From Eledone cirrhosa (Eukaryota): a DNA stretch of 64,000 nt. The notes beneath the pieces are model-generated. The model did not search any database. It worked only from the letters and a program-made list of their open reading frames with translations, and was not told the DNA's origin. Both the position numbers and the translations under genes were made by a program. The stretch lies in assembly GCA_964016885.1 (NCBI GenBank), contig OZ024740.1:243102001-243166000 (forward strand), given 5' to 3'. Of the stretch, positions 25,021-39,184 are shown one piece after another (the stretch's first letter is position 1; every line of letters begins with the position of its first letter).

Positions 25021-27606
25021 TGATGATAAATATGTATAGTCATTTCAATGGACTATTATTGCAATACAAAAGCTTTTAATCGAGACTACTGACATGACTG
25101 ATATTACATACAGATATCACTCGGATTGCTACAACTGTCGGAAATACTGTTGCTACTTGTACAGTTGCATTGTACACTGTTAGACAGCAATCTAATACTG
25201 TGTTCCTGGGTTAGATCAACTCGCCCTTGCCATTCTAGACTGCATTGCATGCCTAACAACCACTACCAAATTAGTAAGTTCCTTTAAAATATCTCTTCTT
25301 AATAGGGATGCTTATTAATATAGTCTCAATCTTGGCTGCAGATTTGTTAGAATATTGGTGCCATGATGCATTAAAATGTTTGTTATATGTTATGTGTGTA
25401 TGTGTGCAAACACATGCACACACTCACACACTCAATCACAAATGTATTGACCTAGTTAGCAGCTAACATGTGACAACTTCTTACATAATAACTAATAATT
25501 AATGCAGTGATTTAAATCTGCTATAGTGAGTGAATGGAAAAACTGCTGAAACTGAATTATCTAACATGACTTGAGAAAATAAATGTCTTTCACAAATGTG
25601 TGTTTACCAATAGCTTGATCCTATTTTCCACAAAGAGATAATTCAACAGTGTATACAAGTCACATCAAACCTAGCAGTCAGTCACATTCATATCTTCTTT
25701 GAATATATAAAGTTTACCAAAAGGTTGTACTATCTCCATACATGCTTTTAGCTAACTGACCTTTACTATATTTATCTAAGACAACAAACAGAACTGTGTA
25801 AATCAGATCATTCACAGAACATACATTGCCTGTTTCAGTACTTACTGAAAGAAATATCATGTAATATAATAAGAATAAAAGTTAGGGATATTGTATCAAA
25901 AAGGAAATGATGGACTACATGCCTCACAGCAGCATTTAGTTAACTACAATCCTTGTGTTGTGTTGAAATATTGTCAGAATCAACTGTGACATAAAGCATT
26001 CAAAAGGTGATCAAATAATAGCTTGAATGACTGAAACCAGTAAAACATATCAAATAATACACTTAAGTTTATGAAACCAATAAAAATTGGTTGTTGTTAA
26101 TGTTTGGCCTCTCCTCTCCCTATTTCAATCTTGAATGAGTCGAATAAGCAGAGACAAGAGATCAGCTAGAATGCTTTGCAATATTCATTCTGGCTCTCAA
26201 CACCCTGAGTTCAAATCCCACCGAGGCCTTTTGGGGTAGATAAATAAAGTCCATGACTGGGGTTGATTCTTCCTCTATCTCTCCTTCTCATCTACTTACA
26301 CACACCATCATCATCACTATCATCATTGTTTAACATCTATTTTCCATGCTCGCATGAATCAGACAGGTTGTCATGTTATGAGGCTTGACAGGTCAGGTGA
26401 GCACATTTTGCTTATATGATCCATTTTGGGTTTGGTTTTCTACTGCTGTATGTCTTTTCTAATGCTAACAACATTATAGCATGTACTGAAAGCTTTTTAC
26501 ATGGCATCAGCACTCATCTTACAGGGTGGAGAGAAAGATTTTTATCATGACACCAGTAGAGCCACTTTACAGGGTGGATTTGGTGCTTTTTGTTGTGGCA
26601 CCAGCACTGGGGGAAATCAAGCAATGTGTCATGAGAGTGAGTTGTGCTTTGCAGTATACTGTGGAGCATGTCCAGCTTTCCATGCATGTATGGTTTGGAC
26701 AGAAGAGGTGTATCAGGGCTGTGGTAGGGGTAGTGGGGAGCGCACCATATCATCATCACTAAAAGTCTTTTCCTGGGCCAGATGGGCTGTTGCATTCTGA
26801 GACTAGATTAGAAAGATGACCACATCGAGTTTATATGTTCCTTTTTGCCTAGCCTCCAGAGCCAGATGCTCATCCTAAGCAAATTGGATCATTTTATCAT
26901 GGTATGAGGTGGGGTATGACTAGCTTTTTATGTTGGCTTGGATTTAATGTAGAAAGAAGGAATGCATCCATTTTTGTGTGTTGGTATGGTTTGGGCTGCA
27001 CTAGGAGGGTGGACGTCTTTCCATATATGCACAAACACACACACATATATATATATATTTACAAAACATTGAGGAAATTTGAGGATATGTTTTGCTTTTT
27101 AAAATGAACTATAAATAATAGTTAAATAGGTCAGGTAAACTACCCCTGAAAATGGAAAACTGTGGACAGAATTGCCTGTGGGGATTGAATCACATCTGCA
27201 TATACCAGATAACTGCATTAAAACATTACACCAAAGTGATCCTGGCTACTCCTTCCAGTCATTTAGAAGTTTAATTGTTAAGCCAGAAATTTAAACAATA
27301 TTGTTTTTATTGACGAAACATTGTAGAAATCTGAAAATATGCTTTACTTTTTGAAGGCCACCATAATGCATACGGCATATGACAGATGTGTGGTTTGATT
27401 CCTGCATGAGATTTTCCCACTTTTTCTGTCTTCGTGGGTACTTTACCTGACCTATTCAAGTATTTATAGCTCATCTGCAGAGTGCATGCATTCAAAAACC
27501 AAAACACTAACACACACACACACACACACAAATATATATATATATACATATGCATGAAAAATGGACGTAAGACGGAGGTGATGATGATATATGTTTATAG
27601 ACACAA

Positions 27607-29445
27607 ATCATCATCATCATCATCATCGTCGTTTAACATCCATCTTCCACGCTAGCATGGGTTAGACGGGAGTTTTCCCACTTGACGCAAGATTGGTCGG
27701 GTGACCGTGTCTCACTCATATAGGACTGTCTGGCAGGTTTTCTACGGCTGGATGCCCTTCCACAGTGTGGACTGGGAACTTTTTACCGTGTTACCTACAT
27801 GACCACATTACAGCATGGACTGTGTGTTTTTTTGTCGTGACACCTACACAATTTCATTAGTTTGGACTGAATGTTGTGGTACCAACATGAACTTTATGGA
27901 GAAAGGGTGGTGTTGGCACTTTTTTATACAGCTGTTGTCTTTCATGCGAATCACGTGACCGTACCAACGTAATCTTCTCTCAAGTAAACAGTATCTGATC
28001 CTTCTTATTCCTAATTTCTCACTTAGTTCATTTATGTTTTGCCGTTTGTGTATAATACTATTACACATCCAACGGAGCATGCATGCTTCGTTCCTTTCCA
28101 ATCTGCGCAGGTCCTCTCCACACAATGCCCCTGTCTCACTGCCATGTAACATTGTTGTTCGTATACAGGCATCATACAATCTGCCTTTCATTTTCAGAGA
28201 GAAACCTTTTGTGGCCAACAGCGGTATAAGCTCTCTGAACTTTTTCCATCCTGTTCTAACTCTGGCTTCTGTACTTTCAGAGCACCCTCCACCACTGCTG
28301 ATTTTGTCACCCAGGTAACGGAAAGTGTCCACTATTTCTATAGAACCATCTAGACAATAGAAAGAGCTAGTATCCTGGGGCACTTGCTACTTATTGCACC
28401 TGAGTATCGGCCACATATAAAATTTACGTTCTTAGATAGCTTGCCTGTGATCTCACTACATCTTTTATGTACCCATAGTTTGCATTTGGGACATAGAATG
28501 GAATTTCTACCTACTCCTTTCCTACAAACTGAGCATGGCCATTTCCCAGATGGAACCAGTGCCCTATTTTCCTTTCTACATACTAGAACTTTAGTCTTAG
28601 ACAAGTTAACTTTAAGGCCTTTTGATTCTAGGCCATGCTTCCATGTTTGGAATTTCTTCTCTAGTTCAGCCATAGTTTTAGCTATGAGCATGAGATCATC
28701 TGTATATAGAAGTTCCCATGGGCAGCCAGTCTTAAACTCCTCTGTTATAGCCTGAAGGGCAATAATAAACAGGAGGGCGCTAAGGACAGAGCCTTGATGA
28801 ACACCGACTTTTACGCTAAATTCTTCACAATATTCATTGTTAATTCTAATCTTACTGACTGTATCTTTATACATGGCTTGTATAGCTCTCACAAGCCATT
28901 CATCTACACCTAGCTTTCTAAGGACGCACCAGATAATGGAGCGTGGGACTCTGTGAAAGGCTTTCTCCAAGTCAACAAAAGCTAAGTAGAGGGGTTTACT
29001 TTTAGCTAGGCACTTCTCCTATAGTTGTCGTACAAGGAAAAGAACGTTTGTGGTATTTTTACCTGACACAAACCCAAACTGCATTTCATCTAGATCAATT
29101 CAATCTCTGATTAGTTGTGCTATAACTCTTTCTGTGACCTTCATGACCTGGTCAACTAACTTAATGCCTCTATAGTTTCCCCTATCTAGAGCATCTCTTT
29201 TACCCTTGTAGCAGTTAATGATGATGCTGCTACGCCAGTCATTTGGTATGACCCCATTCTGTATTACTTGGTTTTCTATCCGGGTGACTATAGTATGTCC
29301 CACCATTCCAGATGCTTTCAACATCTCAGCAACTATCTCCGAAGGCCCAGCCGCCTTGCTTGTCTTCATATCTTTGATTGCCTTACTTATTATACAACAA
29401 CTAACTTGCAGCGTTGGTCCCTCTATTGGATCGATTTAGGGCAGA
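27607..29445 (-). mobile_element. RTE family A copy, degenerate, with internal deletion before the 3'UTR
   Basis: ORF fragments 29100-29369, 28350-28970 and 27844-28383 are homologous to the 9072-11315 protein. (CAT)n tail. Confidence 0.92.
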
Positions 29446-29519
29446 CTATATATATATCATTATCATGATATATATGTGTATATATATGTATATATAATTA
29501 TATATGTGTGTTTATGTTA

Positions 29520-29762
29520 CGTTGGTACCACAAAATATCCAACCCACTCTGTATGTGGCTGTATAGGTGTCACGACAAAAAGCACCAAGCACACATGGTA
29601 AATGTGGTTGGCACTAGGAAGGGCATCCAGCTGTAGAAAACCAGCCAGGAACTGTTCTATATGAGTGAGATATGGTCACCTGTTCCAACTTACCTCTAAA
29701 TGGGACAAACCCGTCCAACCCATGCTAGCATGGGAGATGGACGTTAAATGATGATGATGATG

Positions 29763-29765
<3 letters not shown>
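29520..29765 (+). mobile_element. RTE A 3'UTR/tail copy
   Basis: aggaagggcatccagctgtagaaa..ccatgctagcatgg..(GAT)n. Inverted relative to 27607-27890. Confidence 0.85.
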
Positions 29766-29806
<41 letters not shown>

Positions 29807-30094
29807 AATCAGCTGTGTTCAGATCTTAGAGAGGGATGGGTTCCACAAGGTGAAAATGTCCAAGCCACAGCACCCCTATGACTCCAATAGTAATTCAAAG
29901 CCCATGGATGAATAGGATACTTGATATATAAGTTTCAGAGTTTTTAAACTGGGGGGGGGGGGGTCTGTGTTTGTGTGTGTCTGTGCGTGTGTGTGTGTGT
30001 GTCTGTGCATGTGTGTGTGTCTGTGTCTTTACTCTCAGAATAATAAATATTGAGATAGAATTTCAAATTTGTTGTTAATTTAAGCCCATATTTT

Positions 30095-30272
30095 GGTGGC
30101 AGTATTGGTAGAGGGTCGGACGCCATATTTGACGTATAGAGTTACGACCCTTACCATTCTGAGTTCAAATTCCGCCGAGGTTAACTTTGCCTTTCATCCT
30201 TACGGGGTCGATAAAATAAAGTACCAGTATGCACTGGGTAATTGCTGGCCTTGTGCCAAACGTAGAAACAAT
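30095..30272 (+). mobile_element. SINE S1
   Basis: Full S1 body. Confidence 0.9.
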
Positions 30273-30644
30273 TATTTTCCCATCTTATACTATTTTCATA
30301 ATAAACATATTTACGGGTAACAAATACTGTACACATATTTGCAATGAGAAAAACAATATTAGTATCAACAGATTAATCATATGTACATTAATTAATATTT
30401 TATACATATTAAAATGAATATGTGAAATGTAAAACAAATTAATATTAATAAAATCTAGTCAAAAATGTTTTCATTATGTTATTGAAGTATTTTAACATTT
30501 TAAAATATATAAATGAAACTTAAAAGTTTAATTGATTTATAAAAATAATAAACTTGTCTATTAAAAAATTAAAGAGAGAGAAGAAATAAAAAATAAATTT
30601 TAACTTTCTAGAATATTCCATGAGAACTACATAATCTTAGACAT

Positions 30645-31033
30645 TGGTGGATTGGCAGTATTGGTAGAGGGTCGGACGCCATGCTTTGACGCATAGAGTT
30701 ACAGCCCTTGCCATTCTGAGTTCAAATCCCGCCGAGGTTAACTTTGCCTTTCATCCTTACGGGGTCGATAAAATAAAGTACCAGTAATACACTTGGTAAT
30801 TGCTGGCCTTGTGCCTAACGTAGAAACAATTATTCTATATTAGACATAGGCGGTGGCAGTATCAGTAGAGGGTCGGATGCCATGCTTTCCAGCATAGTTA
30901 CGTCCCTTAACGATCTGAGTTCAAATCCCGCTGAGGTTGACTTTGCCTTTCATCCTTACGGGGTCGATAAAATAAAGTACCAGTAATGCACTGGGTAATT
31001 GCTGGCCTTGTGCCAAAAAGTAGAAACAATTAT
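30645..31033 (+). mobile_element. Two tandem SINE S1 copies
   Basis: 30645-30830 and 30848-31030, each preceded by ttagacat. Confidence 0.9.
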
Positions 31034-31339
31034 GTTCAGTGACATATAGCAAGCTGCAGTTACTACAAATATAGAATATGCAGTATTGTAAAGCTACCAA
31101 CATGTTAGGAAGCCTGCTACAATTGCTGTCAAGCTAATGATGTAATATGATCCCAGTTGAAACGCTATCTCTTTATTCAATACTGTTTAGAAATCAATGT
31201 CTAAAATTAATTACGTTTTTCTTTTTAAAATTAACAATACTTTAAATGCCTCCATACTGCAACATTTCCTGAATTCTATTGGTAAAAGTATTAATAGGAT
31301 TTCGATAAAGGAAATCCAGTAAAATATATGAAAAGAGTG

Positions 31340-31445
31340 TGTTGTTGTTGTTATTGTTATTATTATTATTATTATTATCATCATTATTATTATCATCATT
31401 ATTATTATTATCATCATTATTATTATCATCATTATTATTATTATT
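31340..31445. repeat. (TAT)/(CAT) microsatellite
   Basis: Direct inspection. Confidence 0.9.
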
Positions 31446-33028
31446 TTGCGCGTTATCACAGCATTACCAAGCACAGCTCTGTGCGCCTTGAGTATGTGCA
31501 ACATGGTTTTTATAGGAGAAAGAAACCATCCCTCCTATAGGAAGCAATGCATCTATCCTTAGACTGGAAACCTACAAGCATAAATGCACCTAATCTATCC
31601 ATGTTCCCCTCCACTAGCACTCCTTAGTAGCTATCCTAACAATCACTGTACACTTCCACCCCATTCATGTTTTACCATCGCTGTACATGTCCACCCTATT
31701 TGTGCTTCACTCTTTAATGGCTATTCTTATATTTTACAACCACACCACTAAAATCCTGACATATCAGTCATGATACTCTAGTAACTGCTATCATCGCAGT
31801 ACCGACCAGGCTATTGGGGGTCACCTTTCAATCCCTCATCCTTCTGTCAAATCCCACCACGCTTGTCATACACCCATGACATACATGACATTACACTTAT
31901 CATCATCATCACCCCCCCCACACACACACACACACACATTTGACCAACAATGAAAAGTGTACTCAGAACATCCTGTAAGGTGGTTGGGGCAATATGAAAG
32001 GCATTCCACTGTAGAAACCATGCCAAAAAAGAATTGTGAGGACTTGTCAGTTGTGTTAATGACATGACAACCTTTCTAGTGTTGGTGATCTATATAACAA
32101 ACACATCCAGTACATACTGTAAAGCGGATGGGGATAGGAAGAGCATTCAGTCATAGAATTCCTGCTAAACAAGGAGTAGGGAGGTCTCTTCAGCTGTGTC
32201 AAAGACATGTCAACCTCCCTAGTGTTTGTGGCACTCAGTAGAGCACAAAAACATATGTAAGTGAGATGTAGACCTCCCAGTTTATTATAGAGGTCAGTAG
32301 CTCTACTTGAGCATTGACTTAATCAGTGAATATCTGTCCAACCCTTGCTAGTATGGAAGTGAGATTTTAAATGATGATCTTCATAATAATGATGATGATA
32401 TATTTAGGGCTGGTATACAAAATAAGCAGTAAAAGAAATAGTAAGTGCTACCAAAATCTTGAAATTCATAAGAATCCAAGTTTAGCTCTGACTTTATGGC
32501 AACAGATTATATTAAAGGTTACATTTACACAAGGCCTTGTACTCTTTTCAAAATACACAAGCTAACTGCAGTATGATTCTAAATCCATTGTTTATTTATG
32601 CACATATCTCAGAGTTTTATTTTATGGCTTCATTATATTTATTTTACTATGTTATATTGCAATTTGAGCCATTGGTTAGAGGTTTTCAATAGAGCAATTA
32701 CTGGTTCACTGCACTTCTGACTGCAAGAATGATAAAGGAGTGTTTAATTCAGTGCAAGGGATTTTGTTAACAAAGCACTGTTTTTAATAGACTACATGTA
32801 GCCACATCTAAATAATTTAAACTTTGACCTAATACTACTGACATTCAAAGCTGAAATTTTAAAAAACAAAACAAAACAAAGAACAGAGAGATGTTAATTA
32901 TTGAAATGAAGCAAACCATTGCTAATTCAAAACATAAAATGCTATTCGAGAAATGGTAATGATTAACTATATTAGCTCTCATTTTGACTATTGTTCCACC
33001 CATTAATATGTTTTGTCCTCATTATTTC

Positions 33029-33128
33029 CACCGAGGTTAACTTTGCCTTTCATCATTATGGGGTCGATAAAATAAAGTACCAGTAATGCACTGGAGTAAT
33101 TGCTGGCCTTGTGCAAAAATTAGAAATG
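33029..33128 (+). mobile_element. 5'-truncated SINE S1
   Basis: 8-bp TSD attatttc. Confidence 0.85.
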
Positions 33129-33589
33129 ATTATTTCTCTGTCTTATGTTTTACTGTTATAATACTCCCAATCTGCTTATACTGCAACTCAAATAAACATT
33201 TATCTCACTCTGATGAAGGGTTCTGCCTTGAACATTAAACTTCTTGTCCTCATGGCATAACATGTAGTCCACTGTTTGAACTATTTATTATACTATTTGC
33301 CAATGCAGAACATTGCTAGTTTCCTTGGATTTTATCACTGAGTCCATAATGTATTAAGTGATGAGGAAAAAAGTCGGTAGAGCACTGAATTAGTTTTATG
33401 CCTTTCGTGATTCTATTGTGTAAAAGTCAGTAAAACATAAACAAAAAATACCCCTTTCTAATTGAATCTACAATTCGATCAGGAACAGCCTTTCTTTTAT
33501 GCAACGATATGATTATTCCAAATTTCGATTCCTTTGTTAAAACCTTGTATTTTCTATATATGTAAGTGCGCGAAACATAAACATATACA

Positions 33590-34170
33590 TCAGGTCCAAA
33601 CACAAAAGAACCAAACTCCCACTGTCACTGCCTCCATCTCTCCTGCTCGCCCCATCTCTTACTATTAAGAGCAAATGGGGGCCCATGCGCTAGCCACCCC
33701 ACAGCCCTGGCGGACAGAATAGAGAAGGAATTTCCCCAGAGGATGGTGAGGGAGACGCGCTGGAAGAGCCATTCCAGCTCGAGAGGCTCTCACCTACAGG
33801 TAGCCAACTCTGTGCCGATGGTGGTGAGCAGAGAGGTGACCCTAGGGCCAAGAACACCAGAAGTCTCCACTACCACAGGCTCAACCACAAACCTGTCAGA
33901 GAGTGACTGATATTTGGAGTGTTTACCCTCTTCGACCCAAAGTGCAGCAGAGCCTGGGTTAGTCGCAGACTGAACCACGTTGCCATTGGAGAATGTGTCG
34001 CTGCATGTGGCATCCCAGACGGAGGGCTTTACCACCGCAGAATGGGAAAATGGTCATGCCATCTGGCCCTTTGTCATACCCTCAATCCAGCCCCACTTGC
34101 TTGAGCTGGGAGGGGAAGCCTGCAGCATCCAAGCCATGCTTTATGACCTTGTTGAGAGCTGCATGGTATG
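33590..34170 (-). mobile_element. CRE-like RLE element 3' fragment
   Basis: PSVWDATCSDTF, PVVVETSGVLGP. Homologous to 23950-24440. Confidence 0.85.
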
Positions 34171-34879
34171 GGAAGAGAGAATATTCCATAATAATGGACT
34201 AAATATCATGAACAGTTCTGATAATTTCTTCAAAATAATGTAATGCTTGGTTGCCTAGGTGACTTAATTTTAACCAGTGATGGTATAGTGGCTAGAAAAA
34301 AAGGAGGATGATGGTAGAGCAAAATAAAACGGCAACACCTGATGTCCACATGCACCAAAAAGGGAAGATCTACATGCTCACTCAAGCTGCTAAAAACAGC
34401 AGTCAAATATCCTTCAAATTGCATTCTACTATCTTTAAAAATGTATAGTGCTCCCATCTGGCACCAAAGTTGACCTGGAGCTAAATGGTTTTCTCTTCAT
34501 AGGAAAAAAACAAATGAATTAATCAGATTTCCAGTCTGAGGATAAATACATTGCTTCCTATATGAGGGATGATTTCTTTCTCCCACCCTTACACCACACT
34601 AGTCTAGGAGGTCTTGCAAAAGTCCTGAATGCTACTCTTTCTTCCTTTAACTAAAGCATTAAATGTGTATGTGTTTTAGGATGTTTCATAAAATAGTAAA
34701 TCCAATACCATTTTAAGGTATGAGCACACTGGACTGTTGACCAGTGGCCTAGTGCTAATTGATATATGCTGTAGTTATGTATGTAAGGCTTTCAGAACAT
34801 TGCTTTGCCTGGGAGCCGATGATGGTTTTAAGACCGTTTTTATTTTGGGTTAAAAATTGGTAATGAATGCAGATCTACA

Positions 34880-36170
34880 GTGATAGAGGAAAAGCCTTCA
34901 ACAGAGTGCCCCATGCTATAAGCTGGTGGACTCTTAGAAAACTTGGAGTAGATGAGTGGCTTGTTAAGGCTGTACAAGCCATGTATAGGGGTGCAGTCAG
35001 CAAAGTTATGGTAGCAAAGTTACGGTTAACAATGACTATAGTGAGGAATTTAGCATACAGGTTGGTGTGCAGGGCTCTGTTCTTAGCCCTCTCCTGTTTA
35101 TTATCATATTGGAGGCTGTAACAGAGGAGTTTAAGACCGGATGCCCATGGGAACTTCTGTACGCAGATGATCTTACACTTATATAATAATATAATGAAAT
35201 TATTATGTAAAGTGCTCAGGTGCACTCATCAAAGATGCATGTATAGTACATAGAATAATATACAAATGTCAGGGAAGTGAATAGTGTATGAGTCATGATA
35301 TACATGTGTGTATGTGTATGGAGGGGGAATATTAGGAGTAGTGTTGGCGAATCTCAAGAAGCATGGAGGTTTTAAAGGATGCAGTGTCTCGACAGCTAAT
35401 AACTGATGCAGGTAGTTTGTTCCATGCTTCAACAACTCTGAGCGTGAAAAAATGTTTCCAAAAGTCATGGGAACTGTGCTGCTTTCTGACTTTGTGGGCA
35501 TGCCCATGTGTGTTAGACACATGGAAATCAAAAAGGTACTCAGGGTTGTTGTTGGCAAGATGGTTAATAATTTTGTGAATCTACAGTGAACCTAGAGAAG
35601 AAATTCTAAACATGGAAACAGGGCCTAGAAAGAAGGGGTCTCAAAGTCAGCCTGACAAAGACTAAAGTCCTAGTAAGTAGAATAGAAAACAGAACCCAGA
35701 TCCCTTCATGGAAATGGCCTTGCTCAGTATGTAGGAAAGGTGTAGGTAGAAATTCCATCCTCTGCTCCAGATGCAAACTATGGGTACACAAGAGATGTAG
35801 TGGGATCTCAGGACCAAGACCTCTGGTGTTATGCAATAATACAGAAGACCCGGCTTCCCACAGACTGAAGCTGAAGCATATATACAGTATCCCCCCACTT
35901 CACTGTAAAGTGGTCGTGTAGGTGTCACAACAAAAACCACCCAGTCCACACAGTAATGTGGTCATATAGGTGTCATGACAAAAAGTACCCAGTACTCACT
36001 GTAAATGAGGTTGACATTAGGAAGGGTATCCAGCTGTAGAAACCAAGCCAAAATCAGTTCTGTATGAGAAAGACATGGTCACCTGACCTGGCACTGCCCA
36101 CAACAGGACAACTCATCTAACCCATGCTAGCATGGAAAAATGGACATAAAATGGTGGTGATGATGATGAT
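34880..36170 (+). mobile_element. RTE A1 fragment, interrupted by CR1 and internally deleted
   Basis: KAFNRVP..YADD | CR1 | GKWPCSVC..HKRC, then a jump near 35810 to the ORF end, 3'UTR and (GAT)n. Confidence 0.88.
35185..35585 (-). mobile_element. CR1 LINE 3' end nested in RTE
   Basis: HFFTLRVVEAWNKLP, (ATT)-like tail. Homologous to 62715-63130. Confidence 0.88.
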
Positions 36171-36204
36171 GTTGAGAAAGTGGTTGACTGACTAATGCAA
36201 CAGA

Positions 36205-36460
36205 AGTGATATGAAATAGAAACAGATGTGATATGAAACAGGTGTGATATGGAAGAGATGTGATATGGAACAGATGTGATATGGAAGAGATGTGATATGG
36301 AACAGATGTGATGTGGAAGAGATGTGATATGGAACAGATGTGATATGGAACAGATGTGATATGGAAGAGATGTGATATGGAAGAGATGTGATAAGAAATG
36401 GAATAGAAGTAATGTGAAACAGATATGATTTGGAACAGAAATGATATAGAATATGTGTGA
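36205..36460. repeat. 16-bp minisatellite
   Basis: Unit (c/g)agatgtgatatggaa with alternating variants and degenerate edges. Confidence 0.9.
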
Positions 36461-38709
36461 TATTGGTCAACAAGTAATATTTGTTTCATTAATCTGACAA
36501 GTATGAACATGTTCCAGAGTTATCCTGATCTCATCAGCAAAGCATAACCTTCATTGTACTTGCACAAATAGTGATGAAAAATCACCAAGTAAAATACATT
36601 TTTTGTCATATGAAAATAAAATTATTTAGGAAAAAAATCATTCAGAAATGTCATCTACAGTTTATTTGACTAATCACCTTGCTGGCTGCAATCAAATTCC
36701 ACTTATATATCATGGCTGTTACTGTTTTTGTTCTTGTTCAGTTCCTGTCAGCTCTGATTGAGCTGATCTATGATCAAAAGCATTCTAAGTGACCATCTCA
36801 ACTAATTTTCCTCTCAGATATAACATTATCCAAGTTAACCATCCTTTTATGACAGTAGTATGTGGGGAGACGGAGATTTGGTTGTTATTACTGGCAATTC
36901 AAGCATTTAAATAAAGAATCTCTTGTCAGCTCTGGTTAGTAGCAGCAAGTTAGGCATCTATTACTTCAAATTAATATGCCAACAACTAAATATGCAAGAA
37001 CATGTTCCTAAACATGTTCCAGCGTGTCACCCTCGCCATCCTCCAGAGCAATGCATTCTCCATCCTGTCGGCTGGGACCACATAGTGGAAGGTAAACTAG
37101 TTAGAGGTGGAGGAAATTTGTTTAAATGTCACACACACACACACACAGATGACTGCTTGATTAAAAAGTTATTAGCTTAGTAGTAATAAATAAATGGATG
37201 TAAAAATTTAAAAAAAATTAAAATTAAGAATAATGTTCAAGGAAGGAACATTGAAATCTGATCTAACACCTTTGTAGTTATTGATCAAATAACTTTTTTG
37301 GTTCCTCTGCTACAACCCAAGACCTTTACTGTGGATTTAGTTCTGTAACCTTTGACTTTATACAGGAATTATAAAATATTCAATATCAATTTTTAAACCA
37401 AAACTCTTTTTTTTTATTGTTACTTTAGTAGTGGGTGTATATTGTGATTATCGTTTTTGTTATTGTTGTTAGCATCAGTAAATTGTGTGGCAGTACTGCA
37501 TCTACTGTTCATCTTTTATTATTGAAATTACAGTTTATATAATCTATAAAATGTCCTTTCTTTTTTTTATTTCGTCCATCTCTCTAATGTATCTATCTTT
37601 TTACACTCCTCTCTCTTCCTCTGGCTCTCAAACTATCTATCAATACATCTATCTGACTGTCCATCTGTATGTATGTCTACCAATGAATTTCCTTTTTAAT
37701 TTTTATTTATTCGTCTATTTATTCATTTGTTTTATTTGCGTCTCTCAATTTTATTTATTCATTGATCGGTTCCACCTCATGCATACTGATTGATAAACAG
37801 CTTAAGTATTCCGTCTAAAACAGTTTTCATTCAGATTAAACATCCCAAACCCTCCATTTCATTATTAAAATGACATGGTTACTCTGTATTTTTAGAGTTT
37901 TGTTGTTCTTTTTTTCTTTTTGTCATTTTTGTTTTCTGGTGGACGTAACTGGCAGTATACTTCAGTATTTCCTATCATTTTCCATTATACCTATTTATTA
38001 TACTGTCTTACAATCATGTTTAGAAATGTCTGCTAATGTAACTGCTTAAAAACCTATATGTCAAAAAAAAATTAAGAAAAGAAAAAATGATTTTTAAAAA
38101 TAGTAAACGGTATCGACGTAATCTGACATGACTTTGATACTGAAAATATAGAATCAGTAAAATAATGGATTCCATTATTCAGAGGGGACAACACATATTT
38201 AGATTTGTACCCATAATCGTTGGTGCATTTGACTTTATTATTAAGTGTCTAAGTAATAAAAATTGGAGTTAGCATTTTCAGGCAAAGACAGAGAGCATCC
38301 AAAATGTACTCTGCAAATTCAATATTAACTCTTCATATCTTGTACCACATGAAACTACATTAGAATGACATCCTTAAAATGTACAAAATAGCACTTTGAC
38401 TGCATCACAAGAATAAGGAACACACATTAAAATAGCTACATCACTGTAGGAGATAAAGATGATGAAATCTAAGATATTTAAGTCAAGCCCCAATTCTCAC
38501 TTGCTCTCACTCTGCAGATACACTGTCTCAGACAGTTGACAGTTGGTACCAGTCACTGGTAATTAAAGCACTGCTACAGCTGGACCAGGGTACTCAGGTT
38601 AGTAAATCTTTTAGGTATCAAGGTATTGTCTTTTATCAAGCTACACCCACGTGATCACATGTATTTTATACAAAGATTCTGGAATATCACCCATCAACAT
38701 TATTATGAT

Positions 38710-38895
38710 GGCGGTGGAATGGCAGTATCGGTAGAGGGTCGGACACCATGCTTTGACGCATACAGTTATGCCCCTTGCCATTCTGAGTTCAAATCCCGCT
38801 GAGGTTAACTTTGCCTTTCATCCTTATGGGGTCGATAAAATAAAGTACCAGCAATGGACTGGGTAATTGCTGGCCTTGTGCCAAAAGTAGAAACA
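38710..38895 (+). mobile_element. SINE S1
   Basis: 11-bp TSD attattatgat. Confidence 0.92.
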
Positions 38896-39184
38896 ATTAT
38901 TATGATTTGAAGCATTCATACATACTTATTGAAGTGATAAAATATTTACATCATAAATTATGTGTTTTTCCTTCCTTTAACTCATCATGCCTCCTCCAAC
39001 AAACACACACAGCCTTTAAATTCTGCTTCAGTCTAATACTGCAAATGTTCATAATGATCTATCCACTAGTAAAGTTTCTATAAACATTTCATTTATCAAA
39101 TGCATTTTAAAATATTTTTCTATTCAGTGATTACAGGATATTAAGAATTAAATGCAACACTTCTCTCAAATTCAGCAGGTAATC

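Noticed and set aside
27290-27332. gaaacattgta as hammerhead stem III
   Set aside because: No CTGANGA upstream on this strand.
31211-31540. Poly-Ile / poly-Tyr-His ORFs
   Set aside because: Trinucleotide microsatellite translation.
36127-36510. His/Ser-rich ORFs
   Set aside because: Translation of the 16-bp minisatellite.
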